Shown here: in pieces, positions 39,839 through 52,977 of the stretch | Position numbering within the stretch: position 1 is the first letter of the stretch | Layout of the letters: every line of letters starts with the position of its first letter | The notes under the pieces: generated by a model | Told to the model about the DNA's origin: nothing | Database searches by the model: none | The model's input: the letters and a program-made list of their open reading frames with translations, nothing else | Assembly: GCF_018350175.1 (NCBI RefSeq) | Contig: NC_058368.1 | Coordinates: 150,042,001-150,106,000, forward strand | DNA: 64,000 nucleotides | Reading direction: 5' to 3' | Source of the DNA: Felis catus | Taxonomy: Eukaryota | Program-made: the position numbers and the translations under genes

Positions 39839-40010
39839 GGGCACCTAAGTGTCTCAGTTGGTTAAGCGTTCAGCTCTTGATTTCAGCTCAGGTCAGGATC
39901 TCATCATTCATGAGATTAAGGCCTGCATCAGGTTCTGTGCTGACAGCATGGAGCCACCTTGCGATTTTCTCTCTCACTCCCTCTCTGTCCCTCCTCAGGT
40001 CACACATGTG

Positions 40011-40062
<52 letters not shown>

Positions 40063-40100
40063 TTCTCTCAAATTAAATAAATATATTTTTTTTAATTTAA
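39839..40100 (+). mobile_element. Can-SINE (older) in L1
   Basis: Head, long (CT)n, A-rich tail; decayed TSD. Confidence 0.93.
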
Positions 40101-41604
40101 TAAATGAGCAGAGGACCTTAACAGGCATTTTCCCAAAAAAGACATACAGGATGGCCAACAGACAAATGAAAAGATGCTCAACATCACTAATCATAGGGAA
40201 ATGCAAATCAAAACCAGAATGAGATGTCACCTCACACCTATCAGAGTGGCTAGTATCAAAAAGACAAAATAACAAGTATTGATGAGAGTGTGGAGAAAGG
40301 GATCCTTTGTGATCAATGGTGGGAATATAGCTTCTATGAAAAATAGTATCCAAAAAATTAAAAATAGAGCTAGCATATAATCTACCTGAAGAAAATGAAC
40401 TGATTCAAATAAATATATTTACCCTCATTTTAATGCATTATTTAAGCCTTATTTACAATAGCCAAGGTATAGAAACAATAAGTGCCCAGTGATGGATGAA
40501 TGGATAAGATGTGGTGTATACACACACACACACACCCACACAGTGGAATAATACCTCACCCACAAAACAGAATAAAATCTTGCATTTGCCACTATATGGA
40601 TGGACCTTCAGAGTATTGTCTAATGAAATAATTCAGACAGAGAATGACAATTACCACCAATAACCACATTCTTTCACTTACATGTCCAATGAAAACACAA
40701 ACAAAACAAACCAGAACCCAAACTCATAGATACAGAGAATGGACTGGTGCTTGTCAGAATGGAGGGGGGGAGGAGCACAAAATGGATGAAAAGAATCAAG
40801 AAGTACAAACTTCCACTTACAAAATAAATAAGTCATGGTGAAGAAACATACAGCATGAGAAATACAATCAATAGTATTAAATGACTTTGTACAGTTAATA
40901 TTATGAATTTTGTATAACTTTGTATAGTGACAGGTACTTACTAGAGTTACTGTGGTGATCACTTTGCAATGTATACAAATGTCCAGTCACTGAATTGAAC
41001 ATAAGAAACTAATAAAATATTGTATATCAGTTATACCTCAATTAAAAAACCCTTAAAGTCATTAATTCTAAGAAAAGATTTCTATATAGCCACTTTTTTA
41101 TATAAAAGTGGAAATACTGGCACTAGTAAGCTTTAAATACTGCCAGAAAGAATATTATTTCTCTTGCTTTAATGGAAACAACTTTTTTATAACAAATTAT
41201 TATATTTTAATGACTTAGCTCTTAATTCTCAATTTTCTTCTCCCTGATACTTAATTATCGATTTTGTGTAATTTATGTGAAATGAGTTTGTTGCTGTTAT
41301 TGAGAAATAAATAACTTCTTAATAAATAAATAAATAAATAACTTCTTTACTGAGGAAGTAAAGTTTCTTTTTTAAACATCCACATGGAGAGACCATAAGC
41401 ATTAGCTCAAGAGAACCAGTTGGATTTTAGTTAGATAAAGAAAATTCTCTGACATGACCAAGGCAAGACCATCTCTGTCTGGCTGAAATGATTCTTATCC
41501 TACGTCCAATTGAATAGCACTAATGTCATTCACTAGTTTACATTATAATTCTACATCTTGCTGCTTTGGGACTCTTAATGCAACAGTTTCTAAGATAGTC
41601 ACTA

Positions 41605-41775
41605 GCACACGCATAAGTGGGAGGCAGGGCAGAGAGAGAGGGAGAGAGAATCACAAGCAGGATTTGCACTACCAGCACAGAGCCTGACACAGGCCTTGAA
41701 CTCATGAACAGTGAGATCATGACCTAAGCTGAAATCCAGAGTCAGATGCTTAACTGATTGAGCTACCCAGCCCCC
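41605..41775 (-). mobile_element. Can-SINE lacking its tail
   Basis: Antisense head and body. Confidence 0.88.
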
Positions 41776-41861
41776 TACTTTGTTTTAGTTTTATTTTTGC
41801 CACTTGTTTCTTGAGGTATTGGGTCATTTTTTTCTACAGGTGCTTTTAAAAATCATGTTGG

Positions 41862-41988
41862 GTGGGCACACGGGTGGCTCAGTCAGTAAAGCAACCAATT
41901 CTTGGTTTCGGCTCAGGTTGTAATCTCACCACTCATGGGTTCAAGCCCTGCACGGGACTCTGTGCTGACATGGCGGAACCTGCTTGGG

Positions 41989-42040
<52 letters not shown>

Positions 42041-42100
42041 CTCCCTCTGTTGCACTCTCTCTCCCTCTCAAAAGAAATAAATAAACTTTAAAAAATAATA
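41862..42100 (+). mobile_element. Can-SINE
   Basis: TSD aaatcat(g/a)ttgg at 41850-41861 and 42103-42114. Confidence 0.95.
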
Positions 42101-42693
42101 GGAAATCATATTGGACATTCATTTTTTTTAAGTGTGTATTTAGTCTTTCTTAGGCTCATTAAGAAAAATGAATAAAATCAGAGAGAGCTTTAAAAAAACT
42201 TACTAAGTGGAGCATAGATTTATCACATGGATAACCTGCTTCTCTGGAATACAGCGATATATGTCCACTGGTCAGTCTCATTCACAAGAGGCAAACTCCA
42301 TTACTTGCTGTGAGCTAGAAAAAGGTTACCTGACCCAACTGGAAAGTATTAGCTTTTTTGTTCAGCTATGAAAAAATTGCTTTGCCACTTAGGTCAGCAT
42401 CATGATGTAAATCTTAATGAAAGTTTCTCAGATGGGAGAGTAAATCAAGCTGTTTGGCCACCTTGATGCTCTCTTAATCTGCTGTTTTCTTGCTTTACTT
42501 CCTTCAGTCAGGTTTAGAGAGCACTGATCTTAATGCAGATCCGTTTGCAGGGTACTTGTCACTCCACCCAGCCTTCTCAGCCCTGCTGGCATCCAAGGCT
42601 GAGGATACAGGAGATTCATGCACTAGTTTTCTTTCTTTGTGGAATAAAAGCAAAATGATTACAATTTCATTTCCTTTCACTTGAGATTTTTTT

Positions 42694-42743
42694 CCTTTTT
42701 ACCTCAAATTTTTATTTAAACTCTAGTTAGTTAACATACAGTG
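42694..42743 (-). mobile_element. 50-bp extremely 5'-truncated L1 3' end
   Basis: tttatttaaactctagttagttaacatacagtg matches the L1 terminus seen at about 27160; TSD ttgagattttttt at 42681-42693 and 42744-42756. Confidence 0.85.
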
Positions 42744-42975
42744 TTGAGATTTTTTTTTAACAAACTGTCTTTCATTTGGGGGTCCTATGTCTTTATTTAA
42801 CAATAAATAATTGAATGAGACTTTACTAGAAAAGCTATCTGGATTATTTTAATGGATTAGTACACAAGGGGCACAAGACACAAAGCAAACTAACTCAACA
42901 GGGCAATTTCAATGATCTTTATAGGCATATCAATCGAATTAGACTTTACTTTTTATTACAAAAAATGAACTATTT

Positions 42976-43195
42976 TTTTTTAATTTTTTTTTCAACGTTT
43001 ATTTATTTTTGGAACAGAGAGAGACAGAGCTTGAACGGGGGAGGGGCAGAGAGAGAGGGAGACACAGAATCGGAAACAGGCTCCAGGCTCTGAGCCATCA
43101 GCCCAGAGCCTGACGCGGGGCTCGAACTCACAGACCACGAGATAGTGACCTGGCTGAAGTCGGACGCCTAACCAACTGCGCCACCCAGGCGCCCC
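42976..43195 (-). mobile_element. Young feline Can-SINE
   Basis: Perfect 18-bp TSD acaaaaaatgaactattt at 42958-42975 and 43196-43213. Confidence 0.97.
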
Positions 43196-43329
43196 ACAAA
43201 AAATGAACTATTTGATAACATAATAAGGCACTCAGATAATCTAGGTGAAATTCAAGTAAACTTGGAAAAAATGTAAAGCAATTATTTAGAATTATTTAGT
43301 CATTATGTAATCGAGCAACAGGACAGGAT

Positions 43330-45250
43330 GATAAATTGGATATGAGAGATTAAAAAAAGGAAGAATAAAATTTGTTGACTTGAGCACCTAGAAGGATTTG
43401 GCATCATGTGTTGATCTGGGAGAGTCGGAGAAAGATTTTTCTGGAGAAACTCTACAAATTTGTTAAGTGTGAGATAAATTACATATCAAGTGAAGAAATC
43501 AAGCTGGTAAATGGATATACAAGTTCAGAGATTGGGGGAAATTTAGGACTAGAGATTTTTACTGGAATCATCTGCATACTGATCATGTCTTAATTCTTAC
43601 ATATAAACAAGTTACTGGTAATCCCAGCAAAACTGGAGAGGAAAGGGGAGTGAAAGCAAACACAGGGGGCATTACAGAGCCAACCAATTGTTTGCTTGAT
43701 CACATGAGATGTCTTCTGTGCGGATGTCTGAAACCACCATGCCTCTAAATAGTCTTTCCAGAGGGGAGGAAAAGAACAAAATTCTCTTCTGGTTCATTTT
43801 ACTTCCATGTTTCTCTTGGCCAAAGTCTGCACCATGAGGCATTAGCTCCCTTCCATAAGGTGTTAACTCAAATGCCTAACAGCCACTAGGGAAGCCAGAG
43901 CCTCAACTGTCCAGGTAAACAAGTGGTTAGAAGTGGGTGAGCCCTCCTATGTGGAGCTTCTTGGTCTGTAGTGACAGCAGCAGCACTGGCAATGACCTGA
44001 CTACATGAGCATAAGATCGATGCAAGCTATTCCTAAGGCTGATCTAGCCAGAAAGCAAGGTAAGTGACCAGGGTGGGAGTGGATAGTGCTGCATAGAAGT
44101 GCAGATGGTACTGGACTAGCAGTGGACTAGGCAAGAGCTCAAGTAGGGAGAAGGTTGTGCACACAGAGGAAAGAAGGCAGCTGAGTCCTAGAGTAACCAA
44201 TATTTAAAGACATGAAAGAGAATTTGAATACAGAAAACAAATTTGTGGAGGATCAGTTAATGGAGTAGAAGAAAACCTAGAGAGTGTGATGCTGTAAAAG
44301 CCAGAGAGTTGTAAGTAGGAAAGAGTAGTTGACTATATGGAAGGTAGCTGAAGAGTCATCTTAGATAAGAACTTGGAAGCCATTTATCATGTAATTGCAG
44401 TAGAATCAACAGGACAATGCGAACAGATGCCCAAATGGAATGGGTTAACAAAAGAACAATATATTAGGAAGAGCAAGAGTGACTATTGACAATTCCTTTA
44501 AGAAGTGTATTAAAGGGAAGCAGAAAATAAGAGGGTATCAGAAAAGGGATGGGAGGGAACAGAAAAATTTTTTGTTAAAGATGGAGAAACTCCAAAATGT
44601 TTTTATGCTGATGGTAGAAGCTGATGATCAGGAAAAGGATGGGGTAGCTGGTGAGTGAGAGAGGAGAGGAGTCGAGAGCACAAAGGAAAGCCCAGACCCT
44701 GGGTAGGATATGGCTCACTGCCTTCATCAATTTCATTATGAGGGAAGGCAAGTAATATTAGTCCAGATACTAGGAAGTTGGTAGATATGGTGGTAGGAAG
44801 ATAAACTAGTTCCCATATGATGGATTCTGTTTTTTAGTGAAATGTGTTTTTTAGTGAAATGTGAAGAAAATACGTTCAAAGTCAAAAGGCAGACTAAGAG
44901 GTTTGGATATTTGAAGAGAAAAGGTACAAGTCATTTCAGAGAGTAGGGGAGTAAATATACAGAAGATGCTTAATGTCTATATGAATTTTGTGGTCATAAA
45001 TTTATAGTAAGGCCAATCGCTGTACTTTTCTCTAGCCCTAATTAATTGTACTGATATTTGTGAGAAGCAAGCAGATAATAGTTGATACAGAGTTCCACTT
45101 TACCTTGTAAGTATAACAGAGAGTTTGGCAAGGAAATTAAAGGTGTAAGGGAGTGATAGATTATAAGCCCAAAATGGTAAGGAAGGAAATTCAGACATCA
45201 AGAAATGGAAGTTGTATGGTAAATGGATTGAAAACCTTGAGCAGTCCAGG
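43330..45250 (-). mobile_element. L2 LINE relic, apparently interrupted at about 43595-44150
   Basis: Purine-rich antisense L2 text (tggatatacaagttcagag, gaaaacctagagagtgtgatgctgtaaaagcc). Confidence 0.65.
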
Positions 45251-45344
45251 AAAGACTTTCCGACATATTAATGCATCAGTATTTGGCTAGAAAAATAATA
45301 AGAACAGATACTTAATATAAGCACTTTAAAAACAGGAAACTTTA

Positions 45345-45642
45345 GGGATGCCTGGGTGGCTCTGTCGGTTATAGGTGGCTCTGTTGGTTAAGCGTCAGAC
45401 TTCAGCTCAGTCATTGTTTTTGAGTTTGAGCCCCACATCAGGCTTCTAGATGGCAGTGCAGAGCCTGCTTGGGAGTCTTTCTCTCCCCCTCTCTCTACCC
45501 CTCCCCACCCTCTCTCAAAATAAACTTTTAAAAAACAAATAAAAATAAATAAATAAATAGATAGATAGGTAGGTAGATAGATAAATAAATAAATAAAAAT
45601 AAAAATAAAAATAAAAATAAAAATAAAAATAAAAATAAAAAC
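45345..45642 (+). mobile_element. Can-SINE with a duplicated A-box region and a compound microsatellite tail
   Basis: ggtggctctgt(c/t)ggtta occurs twice; tail (TAAA)(TAGA)(TAGG)(TAAAAA)n. Confidence 0.93.
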
Positions 45643-45652
45643 AAAAACAGGT

Positions 45653-45873
45653 GGGGTGCCTGGGTGGCTCAGTCGGTTGAGCATCTGACTTCAGCTCAGA
45701 TCATGATCTCACAGTCTGTGAGTTTGAGCCCCGCTTCAGGGTCTGTGCTGACAGCTCAGAGCCTGGAACCTTCTTCAGATTCTGTGTCTCCCTCTCTGCC
45801 CCTGCCCTGCTCATGCTCTGTCTCTCTTTGTCTCAAAAATGAATTAAAAAAAAATTAAAAATTAAAAAAAAAT
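45653..45873 (+). mobile_element. Can-SINE inserted at the 3' TSD of the preceding SINE
   Basis: Flanked by aaaaacagg at 45643-45651 and 45874-45882. Confidence 0.94.
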
Positions 45874-46932
45874 AAAAACAGGGAACTATCTTGAATCTTA
45901 ATTGTAATGTCACACATATAGAATTAAGCAGAGGAATTAGACTATTGGTCTAATTTTTAATTTCAGAACATCATAATATATATGTACCTTTTTTAGAAGT
46001 ACACATAGATTTTAAGGTATCTGCTAAATTCTCATTGTTAACACTTATTTTAAAGATGTCATTCAAAAATATGTCTAACAAAATGTGAATAGAACAGCAT
46101 AAAAGTATATAATGGGCAAAACAAAAATCACACTGTACTACAATGTAGTTTCTTAGGGAAAGTGTATATTCAATGTTCTCAAATATTTTAGGGTTACTGT
46201 AAATGTGGCATTAAAGTCAATCCATTCTTATGTTGTGCCCTTACACTACAGATCTGATTAACTCATTTGAAGACTGTCCACCAGCTATTCCTCACATTTG
46301 TCTAATTAATCAGGCTTTTGACTGCAGAATTACTTGGCTATAGATGAGGTGGGGTTCTGGGTGGAAAGCATTTTAGAGCCATGTAGAGAGCATCAAGGCA
46401 TAGATGCCGATGCACATGCTCTATGGTTCCCACACCTCTAATTTCTTGTCCTGCAATCCTAACCCCTGGTCAACTGTGCAGCACTATCAACATATACGCA
46501 GATTCCAAAAAATACACTTGGCTGTGGTCTAGAAAATCCTAGTGAATGATAATGGGATTTTGACAAGATGACAAATAAGGATGTATGCAGAAGATAAGGG
46601 AATGTTAGACATTAAAAAAAAAAAAAGAATGTTTTAGGTGGAAAGATGGAAGAAATGACAAGAGGAAGAAAATAGGAAAAAGGAAGCATTGCTAATTTTT
46701 AATAGATGTGGAATGCCTCATTTGGAAACCTATTCATTCAAGAATAAAATCACATTGCATTGGTCATATAAGCAACAAGCCCTATAGTTAAAAATGGGGT
46801 ATAATCATAAATTCTGTGAAGAGCATTCCAAATTCTTTATCTCAGCTCATAACAACAAACCTCCCTTTCCTTCTCCCTGAGTGCTAGAGAAGTGTGCTTA
46901 CTCTTTCTCAATCAATTTCAGAGTTAGCAGTG

Positions 46933-47237
46933 TATATTAATTTGCTAAGGCTGAGGCTGCCATAACAAAATACCATAGACTGGGTGGCTCAAACAAAGGA
47001 AATTAATTTTCTAACAGTTCTGGAGTCAAAAGTCTGAGATCAAGGTGTTGGCAAGTTGGGTTTCTTATAAGGCCTCTCCTTAATTTATAGATAGCTGAAC
47101 TTGTAGACGGTTTACTCACATGGACTTTTTCTGTGTATATGCATCCACATAGTTACATTTTGAGGTACTAGGGGTTACATCTTCAATGTATGAATTTTGT
47201 CTCCCCAAAACTCAAATTCAAAACTCACCCTGTAACA
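46933..47237 (-). mobile_element. MaLR solo LTR (MLT1A-like)
   Basis: ggctgccataacaaaataccatagactgggtggct..gatcaaggtgttggca; ends taaca; candidate 5-bp TSD cagtg/gagtg. Confidence 0.88.
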
Positions 47238-47409
47238 GAGTGAAACAAGTATATTTCAGAGTATGCGAAAATTTACTTTGAATTATTAAATTCTACTCTA
47301 AGAAAATTTGCTTTCAGAATATGTAATTGCTTAGTAATCTGACTCTAAGAAAACATTTTTTATTTTGATTTTGTCTGAGAATTATAATTAACAAAACTTT
47401 CATAAGAGA

Positions 47410-48445
47410 TTTTCAGTTACACTTGGAATATAGCAATATAGTTCTGAATCATCTCATTTTTTGCCCTACTGGAAGCACCACAGGACAAATAAAATCTATC
47501 ATCTATAGTGTTTTACAGAGGAAGATGAGAAAGAGAAAGTACCTGCAAACTCAAAACTATGTGCAAGAGCTTCATAGGCAACTAAACTGACCTGGAAGGC
47601 AGGTCCACATGGGAGGTTGTGACAGAACCGTGGGAAGAGTGCAGAGAAGCCCAGCTATAGCAGATCTCATAAATTTACAGCAGATACTCATCCCCCAAAG
47701 ATAAGACCCTACCTTGAGACCAAACTCCTATGGACAAGGACATGAATTCTAGAGTTGTCGAAGATAGAAAGTATAGAAAGTTCCAGCCAAAAAAGGAAAA
47801 AAAATAATTTGAAAAACAAGAGCTATTCACCTGAGACAACAGCCTAGAAAAAAAGAGTGGAGACACTGAGGGCTGGCAGTAGGAATCCTCCAGAGCCAGA
47901 CTAGATTCTAAGACGTTATGGAGGGAACTCTTTACAGAAGCAACATTTGATGAGAAAATGGCCTTAGGCTTGAGAGATCCTTGACTGGTGAAGCCTGGAA
48001 AGTTACCCCAGTTCCTTCAATATTTTGAAAACTTGAGGAAAAATTTAACTTACTCATATAAAAATATTTACAGTATTCATAAAAAAATTATAAAAATGTA
48101 AGAAGTAGGACAACTTTCCTGATAGAAATTCACCAGAAAAAAAATTTAAGACGAAACAAATGAAAACTATACCCAGCATACCAACATGAATTAAAATGAA
48201 AAAAGAAGTCATGAAGAAAAAAATCACATAATAGAAGAAAATCACATTACCTCAGGGAGGTAATGGTCAGACAATATAAAGGTATAAAACTGGAACTGGA
48301 GGAACTTGGTAGGAAAAAAAGAAAATGATAAAACTTAAAAAAGTAAAGACTAATTACTAAGAGTACAAAAGTCCATTAAGGGAAGACAGATATGTGCCCC
48401 CTCCCCACCCCCCCACCCCCACCCAAACACACACATACAAATGAA
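47410..48445 (+). mobile_element. HAL1 / ancient L1-like 5' part, split by the L1 at 48450
   Basis: A-rich decayed ORF1-like sequence that continues at 59565. Confidence 0.5.
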
Positions 48446-51144
48446 GTATTGGAGACAGAGGTCCATGAGAAAGTCATAGGAAGATCCTGAACTCACCTCT
48501 CCCATGGACACATCAAATCTACACCTACATATAAAATTCCTCCTGCAAAAGAATTGAGGCCTAATTGAACAGCTTGTGCACAACAAAGAATAGAAAGACT
48601 ACAAAGAGAATGGCAGGAGAGATGGAGACACAATAGTGATGGGAACCTACACTCCTTATGCTACAAAATGCAGTAGGCAGGAATAGCAGTGAGGGACTCA
48701 CAGATAGAGTCACCAAATGTGGGGCACAGAAAAAAAGAAAGCAGTTTAAAGGGTAACTAGACTGTAAGTGAAGAAAACCCATTTATTAACCCTAGAGCAC
48801 CTGCCAAATGGTAGCGGAACTACTGGAATTTTCTCCTAGGACAGAGGTGATGGTGAGTACCATTGTTTACATTGCCACTTTACCTGGATAGGGTAGAGTC
48901 CAGGTGCTCTAGCCTGTCTTGTCTCAGTGAGCTTCAAGACCCTAGTCCATATTAGCTCTACCTCCCCCAAGGTAGCCCACCTGGCCCATTCCTGGTTCAG
49001 CCCCATCTATCCTACCAAGGTGCTCCCTGCATGGAGTGCTCTCACTTGAACTTGCTTTAGTTCCAGCTGTCCTTCCAGGACAGCCCTCATGTAGACCACA
49101 CTGGGGCTCCTGGTCCACACCATTCCAGCTCCAGATAGCCAGCCAAAGCCACAAGGCACATGCAATATACAAAGGGAACATTCCTACACAAGGCCATTCC
49201 TTCAAGACTGAGAGGGTAGCTATTTCATCTGATTCATATAAACGCACACAGAAAGTCCAACAAAATGAGAAGACAGAGAAATATGCTCCAAAGGAAAGAA
49301 CACGACAAAACTTCAGAAAGAGAACTAAGCAAAACAAAGATAAGCTATCTACCGGATGACCAGTTCAAAGTAATAGTCATAAAGATGTTCACTAGACTGG
49401 AAAGAAGAGTGAATAAACTCAGTGAGAAATTCAACATATACAGAAAATATTTAAAAGAATTAATCAGAATTAAAGAATATAGTAACTGAAATAAAAAATA
49501 CACTACAGGGAATCAGCAACAGACTAGAGAATGCAGAAGAACAGATCAATGATCTGGTAGATAGGATAATGGAAAGAACCCAAGCTGAATAGCAAAGATT
49601 AACAAGCAAAAAAAAAAAGAGAGAGAGAGAATATGTTAAGGAATCTCTGGGACTACATCAAGCACACTAATATTTACATTTGCTCTGCAGGGATCTAGAA
49701 GAAGAGAGGGGAAAAGGGGGAAGAAAGTTTGTTTGAAGAAATAATGGTGAAAAACTTCCTTAATCTGCACAACAAAACAGATATTTGGGTCCAGGAAGTT
49801 CAGGGAGTCCCAAACAAGATGAACCCAAGGAGGTCCACACCACAACATGTAATACTTTAAATGTCAAAATTAAAGATAAGGAGAGAATCTTAAAAGCAGG
49901 AAGAAAAAAGCAAGTGTATAAGGGAAAAGCAAATGTACAAGGAAAACCCCATAAGCCTATCAGCTGATTTTGAAAGAAACTTTGCAGGCCAGAAGGGAGT
50001 GGCATGATATATTCAAAGCGCTGAAAGGAAAGAAACAAAAAGGCCTACGACGAAGAATACTCTACCTGGCAAGATTATCATTCAAATTTAAAAAACAGAT
50101 ACAAAGTTTCCCAAACAAAAGATGAGGAGTTTCACCACAAAACCAGACTTCTAAGAAACGTTAAAGGAACTTCTTTAAGTGAAAAAGAAAAGGCTGTAAC
50201 TACAAGAAAATTATGAAAGGAAAACATTTCATGGGTAAAAGCAAACATATAGTAAAAGTAGTAGATCAATCACTTATAAATTTATATGGATGTTAAAAGA
50301 CAGAATTAGTAAAACCAATATTATCCAAAAATAGTTAAAGGATTAACTAATTAAGGGGTTCACAAAATAAAAAGATGTGAAATATGTCATCATACACATA
50401 AAAGGTCGAGGGAGAGTAATAAAAATGTAGTGCTTTTAGGACGTGTTCAAACTAAAGCAACCATTAACTTAATATAGACTGATACATATTTAAGATGTTA
50501 TATATGAACCTGATGATATTCACAACCAAAAACCTATACAGATATACCAAAAATAAAGAGAAAAGAATCCAAGCGCAACACTAAACAAAGTCACCAATCA
50601 CAACGGAAGAGAGCAAGAAAAAAGGAAAAAGAACTACAAACATGCACACACAAAAACAGAAAGCAATTATCAAAATGGCAATAAATACATCCCTATGAAT
50701 ATTTATTTTAAATGTAAATGGTCTAATTGCAGCAATCAAAGACACAGCATGACTGAATGGATAAAAAAAAAAAAAAAGCCCATATGCCTAAAAGAGACTC
50801 AGTGCATATCCAAAGATATATACAGACTGAAATAAAGGAATGGAAAAAGATGTTTCAAGCAAATGTAAAAAAAAAGCCAAGGAAACAATATTTATATCAG
50901 ACAAAATAGACTTTAAAACAAAGACTGTAACAAGAGACAGGCACTTCGTAATGATAAAGGGATCAATCTAACAGGAGGATATAACTATTGTAATATCTAT
51001 ATGCCTAACATAGAAGCACCTAAATACATGAAGCAAATATTAAGAGGGCTAAAGGGAGAAATAGTAATACAATAATAGTAGTGGAGCTTTAACACCCCAC
51101 TTACATTGATGGATAGATCATCCAGACAGAACATCAACAAGGAA

Positions 51145-51387
51145 GGGTGCCTGGGTAGCTCTGTCAGTTAAGTGTTTGGCTCTTAGTTTCAGCTCAGGTT
51201 CATGGATTCAAGCCCTTTGTTGAGCTCCGTGCTGTCAGTGCAGAGCCCCCTTGGAATTCTCTCTCTCTCTCTGTCTGTCTCTCTCTCTTTCTCTCTCTCT
51301 CTCCCTCCCTCCCTCTCTGCCCCTCCCCTGCATGTGCATACACTCTCTTTCTCTCAAAATAAATAAATAAGGGGGGAAAAAAAGAAA
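51145..51387 (+). mobile_element. Can-SINE in the L1 endonuclease region
   Basis: TSD atcaacaaggaa at 51133-51144 and 51388-51399. Confidence 0.95.
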
Positions 51388-52935
51388 ATCAACAAGGAAA
51401 CAAGTGGCTTTCAATGACTCAGATCAGATGGACCTAAGAGATATATAGAGAACATTCCATCTCCAAACAGCAGAATACACATTCTTTTCAAGTGCACATG
51501 TAATATTCCCCAGAACTGAACTCCAGATAGGGCATAAAAAAAGGTCAATAAATTTAAAAAGAATAAAATCATACCATATATCTTTTCTGATCACAATGGT
51601 ATGAAAGTAGAAATCAATTACAATAAATAAAACTAGAAACCTCACCCCCAACACAAACTTGTGTAGGGTAAACAACATGCTACTTAATAACCAGTATGCC
51701 AATGAAGAAATCAGAGAGTGAATTTAAAAATCTGGAGCCATGTGAAGATAAAAACACAATGGGTCACAATCTTTGGGATACAGCAAAAAGCAGTTCTAAA
51801 ACGGAAGTTTACAGAGATACAAGTCTACCTCAAGAAACAAGAAACACTTCAAATCAACAATCTAACCTTCCATTTAAAGAAACTGGAAATGAAGAGTAAA
51901 GCCCAAAGTTAGTAGAAGGAAGGAAATAATAAAAATCAGAGAGGTAATAAATAGAGACTAGAAAAGCCAGTGAAACCAACAACTGGTACTTTGAAAAGAT
52001 AAACAAAGTTGATAATCCACCTTTAGCTGGACTTATCAAGAAAGAAAGTTAGAGGACTCAAATAAATAAAACCAGAAATGACAGAGTAGAAATTACAACT
52101 AACACCACATAAATAAAAAAGATTATAGAAGACTACTGTGAAAAACTACTATATGCCAACAAGTGGGACAACCTAGAGGAAAGGGGTAAATTCCTAGGCA
52201 CAATCTTCCAAGAATGAATTAGAAAGAAACAGAAATCTGAACAGACAAATTACTGGTAATGAAACTGAATCTGTAACAAGAATCTGCTAAACCAAAGTCA
52301 GTACCAGATGGTTTCACTGGTGAATTATACCATTTAAAAAAGTGTTAATGCCTATTCTTCTCGAACTATCCACAAAATAGAAATGAAAGCTTCCAAATTA
52401 ATTCTCTAAGGCCAGCATTACTTCAATACTAAAACCAAAGATAATACAAAAAAATACAGGCCAATATCTCTGTTGAACATAGATTCAATAATCCTCAAAA
52501 ACTATTAGCAAACCAAATTCAAGAGTGCATTAAAGGATAATACACCATGATCAAGTGGAATTTACTCCTGGTCTCCAAGGTTGGTTCAATATCGGCAAAT
52601 TGATGTGATACACCCCATTAACAAAATAAAGAATAAAAATTATATGATTATCTAAAGATGGAGAAAAGGCATTTGACAAAATTCAGCATTCATCCATGAT
52701 AAGAACTCTCAACAAAGTGGGTTTAGATGGACCATACCTTGACATAATAAAGGCCATATATGACAAATCCACAGCTAACATCATACTCAATGGTGAAAAA
52801 TTAAAGGCTTTTCCTTTAAGATCAGGAATAAGACAAGGAGCAAGACACCACTTTCATTTAACATAGTAATGGAAGTGCTAACCATAGTAATCAGACAAAA
52901 AAATAAAAGGGAACCAAACAGGTAAGGAAGAGGTC

Positions 52936-52936
<1 letters not shown>

Positions 52937-52976
<40 letters not shown>
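52937..52976. repeat. (AAC)n microsatellite inside the L1 RT region
   Basis: Pure AAC run. Confidence 0.95.

Positions 52977-52977
<1 letters not shown>

Larger units (their letters stand above)
29580..41049 (+). mobile_element. Full-length old L1 expanded to about 11.5 kb by nested insertions; inactive
   Basis: 5'UTR from about 29580, ORF1 relic from about 31262, ORF2 from about 34170, 3' end cagttatacctcaattaaaaaa; interrupted by two inverted L1s, a SINE and an orphan insert. Confidence 0.92.
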
